64,000 nucleotides of DNA, from the NCBI GenBank assembly GCA_030704615.1, contig CM060731.1, positions 86,304,001 through 86,368,000 on the forward strand, given 5' to 3'. Below, piece after piece: positions 13,401 to 24,420 of the stretch. The first letter of the stretch is position 1. Each line of letters starts with the position of its first letter. Under the pieces are notes generated by a model that saw only the letters and a list, made by a program, of their open reading frames with translations, ran no database searches and had not been told where the DNA came from. Position numbers and translations under genes: made by a program. Source of the DNA: Takakia lepidozioides. Lineage: Eukaryota > Plantae > Bryophyta.

Positions 13401-16400
13401 CAAACTCAGTCTTATGATTACATTCTTTTCTTCATTCGACGAAAACTGCTCTGAACTTGTTTCCAGTTTGTGACATTGGTGAGGACCTTAAGGATTATCT
13501 GAAGGGCTTACCAACTGCAACTTAAACTCAGGGTGGAGACTCTACTTTTTCTGATACAATGTCCAGGGTATTCTCATCAGAGAGCGACCCTCTGCAGGAC
13601 CTTCAAGAACATAGTCCCTGCACCTCTCTGTCAATGGCCACAAGGCTACGACAAACAACGTCTTATGAGTACATTCTGTTCACCAACTTCAAAATCTGGA
13701 GTCCAAGCCTCAAGCCCTGGCCATGTCAGGGTTCTAATTGCTGGGCAGCTCATACACAGCAGATTGATGCTTGTATGAAGGGCTTTCTAGAGGAGATCTG
13801 GAAAGCCTGAACGAATTGTTATATCAAGGTAAGTTCCACTACTGGAGTGAGCCCCTCATGAAGGTAGTGTTTGTTCCATCTTGTTCCGCCCAAAGTGGCC
13901 ATCACGAGGTCTATGGCCACAAGGTTACGGCAAACAACGGCTTATGAGTACATTCTTCTTTAACACTAAGAGATCTGTGAAACTTTCGATTCAGAAGTGG
14001 CGCATAGAAAGATTCCAAAATGAAGAGGTCAAGGCTGAGTGTGTCCAGGCCTTGCAAGAGGCTCTCCCTCGCTTTGTCCATTCACTCCAAGATCTTCAGT
14101 CTCGCTCTGGCAATGCAAGAAATGAAGTCGAAGGAGCGGTGGATTCTTGGGATAGTTTCGTCTCCTCTGTGGCTGACAAGATCATTGGAAGGAAACTAAT
14201 TGTCTGTGGTAGAGCTGTTAATTGGTGGACCAATGACATCAAACACAAGATAGCGGAGAGGCGAGTCCTCTATAAAGAGTGTGGCAATTCGAAAGCCAAC
14301 GAGGAAATGTGGGCTACGTACTACCAGATCCACAAAGATATCAATCAGCTTGTATGGTCTCAGAAGAAATTTTATTGTGACAAGTTATATAGTGAAATTA
14401 ACTCAAACCACTATGGTGGTAATGACAAGAGATTCTGGTTAGCCCTTCAACGTCTGTTCAAGCCGAAAGATTGTCTGCAAGTACAAGCGCTGAGGGTGCA
14501 GTGGTGACTTCAACGGTTGACATTGTCACAACCTTTGAAACCCACTACAGTACTTCGCAGAAATCTTGGTCTAACAGCGAGGGATCTTCTGAAGAATGGA
14601 AGGACACAGTTGAAAAACTGTTCCTATGATTCAAGACAGCCCTGATGAACTGGAGTATATTTCAAAGGGTTACAACGCTCCCATTAGTTCTGAGATTATG
14701 GAAGCAATTGAGCATTTAAACGGATATAAAGCTGGTGGACCTGATGGCATAGTCAACGAGCTTATCAGTCAGGGTGGCGACCCTGTGATAGAGGCCCTTG
14801 TGCTTCTCTTTAACCTTATCTGGAGGACCTTCCGCTGGTGACAGGGGGTCATTGTCAATCTATACAAGAAGGGTGACAGAGAAGAACCGGGGAACTACCT
14901 AGGCATCACGCTCCTCAATGCTGTTGGCAAGATATTTTGCAGAGTTATAAGTACTCATCTGGAGGTTGATCTGGAATCTAGAGGTTGTTTCCACGAAGGC
15001 CAAGCTGGCTTTCGGCAAAATGGGGGCTTTGTGGATCATATCTTTACTCTTAAGCCAAATTATCCAGGGAAGGGAAAAAGAAGAGAAACCCACTTTTGTT
15101 TTTTTCTTGGATGTCAAAAAGGCTTATGACACAGTGTGGAGAGACGGTCTATGGCTCCGACTGGGATCAAGGGAAAGATGTTGTGTCACTGTTAATGGAC
15201 AGAAGTCTAACTTCTTTGACATAGAGCAAGGTGTAGCTCAAGGATGTACCCTCTCCCCTCTGCACTTCAATGTTTTCATCAATCAAGTACTCAAGGATGT
15301 GGAAAGTGAGGGATTTGGGTTAAGGGTGGGTGATGCCACCATACCAGCCCTTATGTTTGCGGATGACTTCGCAGGCATAGGGGAGACTCCTCCCAACCTC
15401 CAGGAGTTGATTGAGTTCGCGAAGAGATACTTTGACCTTTGGGGGCTAGAGGCTAACGTCAGTAAATGTGCAGTGGTGGCATTCAACGACCGAGGAGAGG
15501 AGGAAGTGATCTCAAGTGGCAGTGGGGTAGCCAAGAGATTCTGGTCCTCCCTTCCTATACATACCTGGGTGTTGAGTTTTCCTCCAACTGTAATTGGGAT
15601 GCACATATTCAGAAAGTTGTTCAAACTGGCAAGCGCAAAGCGCTGGGTCTCGCTAAATTTTTCCACTGCAGAGGGATCAAGTCTGAGGTCAAGAAACCAT
15701 GCTTTCTCGCATTATTAGACCTGCCTTGGAGTACGTATCTGCAATATGGGTTGATAATTCCAACCAGGCTAAGTCTCTAGACTCCATTCAAGTGGGGGTG
15801 CTTAAAGAGTGCATGTCAGCATGCTCCAAAACAGCCAATGTGGCTGTTTGGGGTGAGTTTGGCATCCATCCCTTAAGCTCCCGGCGAGATAAATTCAAGG
15901 TCAGATGGTGGGGTCAGCTGCAACATATGCCCAACATCAGATATCCTAAGTTAAGCGACTCTATATCTTGGAAACAGGACTGCCCTGTCAAACAGGCTAA
16001 GTCCTGGCAGAAGAGAGTAGAAGAGATTCTCAAGGATCTGAATCTTAATCCGCAAGTCTTGACCCTGCTGGATAAATCTGACTTAGAGGCTGTAGTGTCC
16101 AAAGCCATGTCTGTCGCCAGGAAATTGTCTGATGGATATGAAGTTAGGCAAAAAACTTCCCTGAACTTGTTTCCAGTCTGTGACATGGGGGAGGACATCA
16201 TGGATGACCTCAAGGGTCTACCCACTCTCGGCACTAGACTGAAATTTAAACTCAGGGCGGGAAGCCTAACTTTGAACAGCAAACAGAAGCAGAGAGGAAA
16301 GGGAGAGTGCAATTGCCCGTTGTGTGGGCAACCTCAAGACAATGTTCATGTCCTGATTCAGTGTCTGGGGTTCTCTCACCAGAGAGACGCTCTCCTCAAA

Positions 16401-19400
16401 TCTATCAAGGGAATTGTGCCTGTACCTCTGTTTACCAACTTAAAAAGTCTCGAGGCTGAGCCAAAAGCCCAGGCTCTTTTGGGGCAAACCTCTCACAGCA
16501 GATCGATGCTTGCGTGAAGGGATTTCTAGAGGATATCTGGAAAACCCGGATTAAGTACTTATTTCAAGGTAAGTCTTACTACCGATGCTAGCCCCTGACA
16601 AAGGTAGGTTCTGTCCCTTTGTGTTCCGCTCAAACTGGGCGCGGGGTCAATGGTCACAAGGCTACGGCAAACGACGTCTTATGAGTACATTCTCAGACAC
16701 AGACCGAGGTCACACATTCTTTTGATAGGGCAAGGAATGAGTGGAACATCCCCGATCAAACTCTTCAAACCAAAAAGCTTGATCTCAAAGTTGTCAAGCA
16801 GATAATTGCTGACCCTGGCAGAGCCAATGGGCAGAGGAATATACCATGTGCAGACAGGCCATGGTAGGATGGTCAGGCAAACCACCTTCAAGAACTGACA
16901 ACCCCAACGAAAGGGTTATGAGCCTGGCACTAGACCAAAATTTAGACTCAGGGCAAGGAGCCTACTTTTGAGCAATAAACAGATAGAGAGAGGAAAAGGA
17001 GATTGTAATTGCCTGATGTGGGGGCAGTTTAAGACAATATCATCCATTTTCTGATACCTTGTCCGGGGTATTCTCACCAGAGAGTGACCCTCTTCAGGAA
17101 CATCAAGAACATTGTTTGTTGCACTCAGTTCACCAACTTTGAAATTCTCGAGGCTGAGCCTAAAGCCCTAGACCTATTGGGGTCTAATTGCTGAGCAGCT
17201 CACACACAGCAGATTGATGCTTGTGTGAAGAGCTTTTTACAGGATATCTGGAAAGGCCAAACCATGGTAAGTCCCACTACCGGAGTGAGCCCCTTACAGA
17301 GGTAGTGTCTGTTCCCTTGTTCCAAACTGGGCGCGAGGTCTATGGCCACAAGGCTATGGCAAATGTCTTCTGAGTACATTCTCTATTTTGTCACGGTCCC
17401 TGCGGAATTTATAAAAGTATTATTTATCATCTCTCTCTCTCTCTCTCTTCATAAGAGAGGAGAGGCAACACCCAGCAAACTTAGGAAACTTTTGGATGTA
17501 ACACCGTAAAGCTGAGGAAATTGATGAAGACAACAAAGGAGGTCATAGAGCTTGAACTCCCTCTTTTACACTCTTGCTTCTCTCTGGAAAGAGTGGGAAT
17601 GTTGAAAGTAAAAAACTCAAATCTCAATCTTGGTAAGCCAAGAAATGATGGCAATGGCATGGCCATCAGAGAGAGAAACAGACCAAATGGCACCAGACCA
17701 CGGGAGTGTTGGCTGACTGTGTTCAGCAAAAGCAAGGTGAGAAATGTTCTATTTTCATTGTTCCAGTTATGTGGTGGAGAGTTGCACCACCTTCCCATTG
17801 GGTGATGGAGGACGATGCATTGTATGCCTTTATGTCCTCTTATTATTTGAAAATGATCGAGCAATGCTTCAGAAGTCTCCTCTGTCCTGAGGAGAGCTTG
17901 CTGCAAGATAGGTCAATGCCAGTGCAGCAATCTTCAACAAACCAATCATGAGATACATTTCCCATGATAGGTTTGAGGGGGACCTGCTCTTGGCTTGTCC
18001 CTGCACAACCTCTGGGTAATTTGACAACTAAAAGCTGCATGTCTCTGTGGTCTGGAATTGTGAATGATGTTCTTCCAGATCATCAGGCTGCTTAGCTTCG
18101 GATTGAGCCACTCCCTTCACAGAGAGTGACCAACCAACAACTTCGTCGGGTCCAGGTGGATGTTGTGCTAGCTTGGGAGGGTAATTCGAGAAAGTGTGAA
18201 GTTTTCCATTCCCCTTTGAGCTGTATGAGTGCTCCAAAGTCTGTCGTCAGGATTCTTCAAATGCCAGCCGCCAAGCCGAAACAGCTCATTGTGAAGCCTT
18301 TTCTGCCTGCAAGTGGGTTGCAAGTGATTCAGCCTTTGCAAGGTGAGCATTCCAAGTCTCAGTTTTGGGAGTTCTGGAACAGGGAGGGTCATCTCTTAGA
18401 CTCAAAGCATTATTGGAGGGGATCTGAAACTGCTAGGCACACCCAATATTGGTTTCAGCTTCACTCAGATGCAGAAGGCTTTGTAAGTTATGGTCATCCT
18501 TTGACACTTCATCCTTCTGCCAAGACATTCTGCTTCTCAATATGTTTTTCTGTTCTAGTACAATGATTCTGAGCTTCTACCCTTTATGCCAGGGGCCCAA
18601 GTCAAGTTTGGCCAATTCCAGTAAGTGTTTTTCGAACTGACTGTCGAAAAAATTTCAGGCAGGCGCAGGGGACCCGGTCATGCGCAAGGGACCGGACGAT
18701 GAGCAGAGACCTGGTCATGCTCTGCTCATGGTCGCTGCCCCATGAGTGTCCATGGTCACGTTCAAAATGTAGGGGTACTGGCAGGACTGCCTATCTGCTC
18801 TAGGTTGTTGTCTGCATGTCGCAGCAAACTTTTGCACTCTCTTCCTTGAGTAGCCCATATCAAGGAGCTGTTGGTTTTTGCACATAGGCAGCAAGCTTGA
18901 AGAACCTTTGCAACCATATGAAGATCCTAAGGTCTGACAACAGATTCATTCAGCCATCAAGAGAGGACTTGAATCTCAGAATCCACACTGCCATCCCGTT
19001 TCTGTTCTTAGATCAACCTATTACATCTCAGGCCCCTTTGGAGCTTCAATCACCCACCTTGCAGAGATTCCAGAAAGAAAAGACCTCGGAAATTCATGTA
19101 TTCCACCGAGCTGTTCAATGGTGAGGTACCTGCAGAATGTACCAGACAGATGCTTTCAACATCTGAACCATGACCAATGCTCTTCCAGGAGCTGTCAGAT
19201 GCTGGGATTCCCAATGAGCCAGTTAGTATCTGAGGCCCGGAGTGATGGGGCAATCTTTTTTTGTCTCTGAGTTTGATACCAAAGGGGTAGGCTAGCCAGG
19301 AGCCAGCAAGTAGGCCTTCAATCAGTCCCCCTGCTCATTGTGGTCACATGGATCCTTAATGTATTTGCTCAGAGTGGAAAGGTGTTCTTGAAGTGACCAG

Positions 19401-22400
19401 GACCCAGAGGTTAGGCAGAAGTTGTCCAGAATCTCCTTGGCATTGTTGTTTGAAGAGTGAAAGGTGTGTCAACGATAGTATCTTACAGAGGATTTGAATG
19501 ATGCCAGAACTTGAGGCAAGGCGACATGCTTGCTTAGCTGACTGAAAGAGCTTGAAGCGTTGGAGATGTGCCCATTAACCTGACACTCTGCTTTTAGCAG
19601 ATTCTTGACTAGTTGGGTGCATTTCCTTTCTGCCACGCCATTTGATATAAGTTGGACCAGCTTACCTTTCCAAGTCCTCTTCAAAGCAATCCAAGAATAG
19701 GGGCTTGTGCAACTTCCAAGCACTTCCCCTGACTAATGCAAAGTTTGTCCAAAATGTATCTTCCCTTCATGTAGCCTGCTGTCCTGCCCTTGCCATTTTT
19801 GGCAGAAGGGGGTGCAGTGTAAGCTGCCAGTGTCTTGGGTATTGTTATAGGAGGGTAGCAGCGTCCTAGGTCCGTAGTTGTTTGTCCTGTCTGAGCAGAA
19901 GGGAAAGAAGCCAGCTGCCATCTTCTGACTACCCTTGTGCTTGGGCTAATTTCTCAGTATCAGCCAAAGTTTTTGACACCTAGGGAGCCCTTTGAGCGAG
20001 GGGCTTTTCCGAGGCCAGTGAGTTGAGGAGACTGAAAGCGTGAAATGGAATTGGTCCTGGCAAGCTTAATCTCTTCTGAAGACTACCATTGAAGTGTTGA
20101 ATTTGTCTTTCCTTCATCTAGTAGAAGAAGACCCTCTCTCCTTTTGCCTCCGTCAATCACCAGCCTGGAGGTGCAGGGAAGCCCTGGAATTCTGGATTCT
20201 TTCTTCTTGCATAGATGTTTGACACTTCAGGGAAGAAAGAGCTGCTCCGGTAAATGCCTTAGTATTTGATGGCATTTACTGGATGTTTGATGCTGAATGG
20301 ATCTTGAAGGGGTTTTAATACGTACCTTCTCATGCTGGCTCTTGTCCTCTTTTGGCTCACACTTCTATCTACCAGCTCTCCGTGCTGTTTCTGAAGAAAT
20401 GGTCTAACACCTCAGAACACAAAGTGTAAATAACAAACCGGGATCTCCACCTTTGACAAGCAAGATGTGCTGACACTGACAGGGCAGCAGATAGAGGACC
20501 ACACCAAGTGCAGACAAACCTGGTGAGAGTGGGGCTAACCGCTTCCAAGGAAAAGCAAACCCAATAAAGGGGTGGTGAGTCTGGAATAAATTATAAGTGG
20601 AAAACCTGTACCATTAGAGCAGCATGAAACCTGATTTAGGATGCTCCTCCAGGTCACTGATATTTTATAATCCGGGAGTGTACCTAAAGCCCAGGTTGTT
20701 AGAGAGAGAGAGAGAGAGAGAGAGATGACTCCGGTCTTAGCCGGCGTAACTAAGAGCCACTTCACCTTGCACCTACTGCCTCCTTTCAGAGGTGGGCTCT
20801 ATTATAAGTAGGACCGGTTGTTTTAGGTGGGCTGATTATTTTCGAGTTTGTGTTTGGTGGTAATTATAGCAGTGAGAGAATGGATAGCAATAAGGTGAAT
20901 ATCCTTGAAGCATTTGGAGATGTTTGTATAAGGAAGTTTGAGATATGAATTGAGCGATGATTCATTGCTCCGCCCCACCATGAACAACTTGGTTTATCAA
21001 AATGTTGGCAGAGCCGCGAAGCAGGGTGCAGCAAATGAAAAAGATTAGGAACTCGGATCAGGAGCCACAAAGCAAAAAAATACTGGTTTTTCTTAGAATT
21101 ATCTATTCTATCCACCTCTCCTTCGAAATATAAAGGTCAACTTCATCTCTGAATGAGATAGAAGAAGGGCGCAGCGAAAAAATGTAGTTTTTTATTAGTT
21201 AGACTACGCCCCTTCATAAACGGGGCTACCTAAAGTTATGCTATGCGTATGGATGCCACCCCATACACCGGCCCCGTAGTCTGAGGGCAAGTATGAGCAG
21301 AGCGGTAAGTGCCACATTTTATTGGCTCCTCTTTATTCTAGAGAAAGACAACGCATCAGTGTCAAAATTCGCTAAGCTCTTGTTGTGCCTTCCCCAGACG
21401 TTACCTCCTCTCTTTTGCTGAAAACTACTTGAATCCTGATGTGCCTTCTCCAGGTTACACCTCCTTTAGGTAACATCTCTCTTTTTAAGCAATTTATGAA
21501 AAATAAAAGTGTATTCATGGTGAAAGTTGAAGAGTGCTGAACCACTCTGAAGTTGTCAGAGGATCTTGAAGAGATTGAAGCAGTGCATGAAAGGGCAAGT
21601 GGGCTTTATGCATGATTGGGGTGGTGTCAACGACATTTTCACCTTAAGCCAGAGAGGATAATGGAGGGCAAACCTTATATATCCTTTTTCTAGTCATCCA
21701 AAATTGCTAGAACCCTGGAGGGATGGACTTTGGCTTAGACTGGCTTTACAGGTGAGTGGAGTAGTTGTGCATCTATTGATGCGTAATCAGCAATTCTAAT
21801 CAGCTCCTTTAAAGATGGGTAATCCAAAGACTAAGGGTAGAGGTAGGTGATGCCGTGCCACTAGGTTGGTATGACATGGGAAGGGGGAGTTCTCTCACCT
21901 GATCTCGAGAACAGATGAGTTTAAGTTGAGATTGAGATACCAAATGGCTCAAATATGTCAGAAATGGTGTCTTGAAATTGTTGATGGTCTCCCGTGAAGT
22001 AAAGAATAGTGAGTCGAACAGGCTTAGTCAAGGTGGATGAGGTAAACTGCAAATTTTGGGTTCCTGAATTTCTAACAGGGGTAGACCTCCTAGAGAAGAC
22101 AGTGGACGAGATTCAGACCAAGATGAGCAAGGCTGAAGCTGGTGCTCAAGAGTGTAGAAACTGACTCCCGGGTTAACTCTCTAATAGCCTTGTATGAACA
22201 AGTAAAACGTGAGGGCCTGAAAGGGTCTTCTCAAGCTGGGCATTAGACTGAAGATCGAGGTTGCATGTATTGCTCTTTCAGGGAACTGCATGCCTTTGAC
22301 AATGGTAGGGGGCCCCATTTTCTTCTACTCCCAGCCCAGCAAATAGTCGGTCTTTCTCGCTCCCTTTCCTTCTCATCCAAAGTGGTAGTGAGGTATCTGA

Positions 22401-23641
22401 AAGCAAAGGTGTAATGAGACCATCTCTTAGTCTACTGCTTGTGGGTCTATTGCCACAAGGTTAATGCAGGCATAGTCTTCTGAGTACACACCTCTCAACA
22501 GTGTGTGCGGGTCCAAGGCCCAAAGTTTATGGCAGGTACAGTTGACTTAGCACATCTGGGTGTGTTTATTTGTGAGTAAATGTAACTGAACCATAAGTTT
22601 TGACAGTGTGGACTGTATGAAGTATCAAAGACTATTTGCAGAACCTTGTAGGAATCTGCCCATGCCCTGATGTTTGTCTTTATTTTAGAATTTGGTCATG
22701 CATGTCTGATGTAATAATGTGGGTTCTCACAGGTCAGATGAGGATGCTAAAGGAGAACAACTATTTCATCCGTATGCCCCCTTCTTTCCTCAGGTTGCTC
22801 TTCTTTCACTGTTTAGTTTACAGTTGACTTCTATGCTTATGTCTGAATGCAGAACGAATGATCCCTTTTCCATGGTCATTATGTTACTGCTGGGTGAGAT
22901 GCATATTCATTTACATCTCTCAGGTGCTAAATCTGACTCTTGTGTGATGGTTCTCTGTAAGAGCATGTTTTTTACTTAAACAATGCAAAGGATTAAAGCA
23001 CTGGAGATGCGTTGGGCTGTCTGCAGCAGGCAACGTTCGGATCCCTTGATGCACCCCCAAAGCTACCTACTATTGGTGCCAAAGGAACCGGGAAGAAAGG
23101 GCCACCTCCCCTCGTGCGCAAGCCCCCGGCAACCCACACTGTGCCGCGCTTTCTGCAGCCCCTGTCAGCCAAGCCTGCACTCTCCTCACCATTTAGAGTT
23201 CCCCCAGCTTTTCCTCCTCCCCCACCAACAAGCACAGCAGCCCCTGCTGCATCTGGACCATCATCAGGGACAACCATTCCGTCAGGTCCTGGGACCCCTT
23301 CCACTCCTCCTTTTTGCATATATCCACCATATCCTGTGCAGCAGTCTCCAGGAGGATTTGGTCCAATGTCTGTGTGGCCACCTGTAAACTCATATCGTCC
23401 AGGTCCATTTCCTGGCGCCCCCTACGGATACCAGCCTTTTTCCCACAATTCTCAATATGGGTCATCAGCTCCAGCCTCATTCTACGGGCCACCTTATGGC
23501 TACCCACCTCTTAGTCAACCACCAAATGTTAAGGAAGAGATGAAAAAGGAGGTAGACTCGGATGAATTGGACTGTGACTCAGACTGTGACTCAGAGGGGG
23601 GTGGTCAAGAAGGAAATAGTTCTGATTGGAAAGAAGCTTAG
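5933..23641 (+). CDS. Host gene, 7 exons (5933-6541, 7133-7606, 8475-8936, 10097-10287, 11979-12185, 22733-22793, 23027/23030-23641), ~870 aa. Coiled coil, poly-Asp tract, Crypton/DUF3504-like tyrosine-recombinase-derived domain, Pro-rich tail.
   Basis: All six introns are GT-AG and phase-consistent (0,0,0,2,2,0) with no internal stops. Spliced core reads LGIRHGCEDLYEL...NPILCPVRILDEERAMRP...EYVRQRMGCNKL...IRTGSFFFKALGITLLFMAGF...ETKYRNLDLLQKYYRSDED. Confidence 0.85.
7421..7500 (+). repeat. (GAT)n/(GAC)n trinucleotide repeat encoding poly-Asp in exon 2
   Basis: Direct read of the sequence; in frame with exon 2. Confidence 0.95.
12240..13427 (+). mobile_element. 5'-truncated LINE copy A (3' part of ORF2 plus 3' end)
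   Basis: Diverged copy of 15500-16693 (LPSYTHLGVEFSSN, LKFKLSAGSL, HFLIHC). Ends in the family 3' motif ATGGCCACAAGGCTACGGCAAAC...TTATGATTACATTCT and starts right after a (CT)n tract. Confidence 0.8.
13437..13958 (+). mobile_element. 5'-truncated LINE copy B, with a nested ~45-bp 3'-end fragment
   Basis: Homologous to 16150-16693 and ends in the same 3' motif at ~13912-13955. Confidence 0.75.
13960..16693 (+). mobile_element. LINE (non-LTR retrotransposon) copy C with reverse transcriptase, frameshifted; RTE/RTEX-like clade tentative
   Basis: KAGGPDGI, FLDVKKAYDTV, GVAQGCTLSP, LMFADD, IRPALEY and C-terminal CPLC..H...C knuckle; 3' motif at 16650-16693. Confidence 0.9.
16935..17383 (+). mobile_element. 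5'-truncated LINE copy D
   Basis: Homologous to 16245-16693; 3' motif at 17342-17382, followed shortly by (CT)n. Confidence 0.75.
17450..20700 (-). mobile_element. Highly degraded second non-LTR (L1-like?) retroelement remnant
   Basis: Broken minus-strand coding-like fragments between (CT)n/(AG)n tracts. No intact catalytic motif is readable. Confidence 0.3.
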
Positions 23642-24420
23642 CAAGCCACATGGTGGTGTTGGGATAAGTTGGTTTAGTTGGGGATGGATATTGGTTCTTT
23701 TTTGTACCTATGTCCCGCTAGGAGATTTTTGACCACACAAGCCATGCTCAGGATGGTAAATTCTACTGTACGCATGTGAAATAGTTACAGTCAAAAGTGT
23801 GTGCAAATACAACCAGGGTACACTGGGGGCTTCATTGCTTCATTGCTTCATTCTGCCCCATACTGTCTGACAAAATGTATATATGTTAACTGCAGATGGT
23901 GCTAGTTGTCGACTCTTGGAATTGTGAAGACGGAGATTTGTGCCTGAATGAGGTTCTCCTTTCTTCTAGGGCACGATTAACTTAAGGGTGCGCAGCTTCT
24001 GGAAATAGCTTCCATTGCTTTAGCAAGAATAGAGGCACAAGGAGAGGAACAGCAAAGGCCATACGAACATCACACTTGCAAGAGAAACACCACATCCACT
24101 GCTCTGTCGCAACACAAGTACACCAGGCTGTACATATGAAATGCGATCCCTTACTCAAGGTCAGAATGACCATATACCCCAGACCCCAGGTTAGGATGAG
24201 CCCCCACCTGGCAGCATGCCATTGGCCAAGCAGATTACCCTGCATCCTGGCCATTGAAGATGCAGCCAGCTTTACATAGGGTTAGTTGTACACGGTATGG
24301 GCCAAGCAAGGTATAACAGCTTACTCCGCCTACTAAATGCGGAGATGAACTTTGAGAGATTGATAATGAGAAAGCTGTTTTTAGGGCTAGGAGATTATGG
24401 GGCATCACATATGTGAAGAC

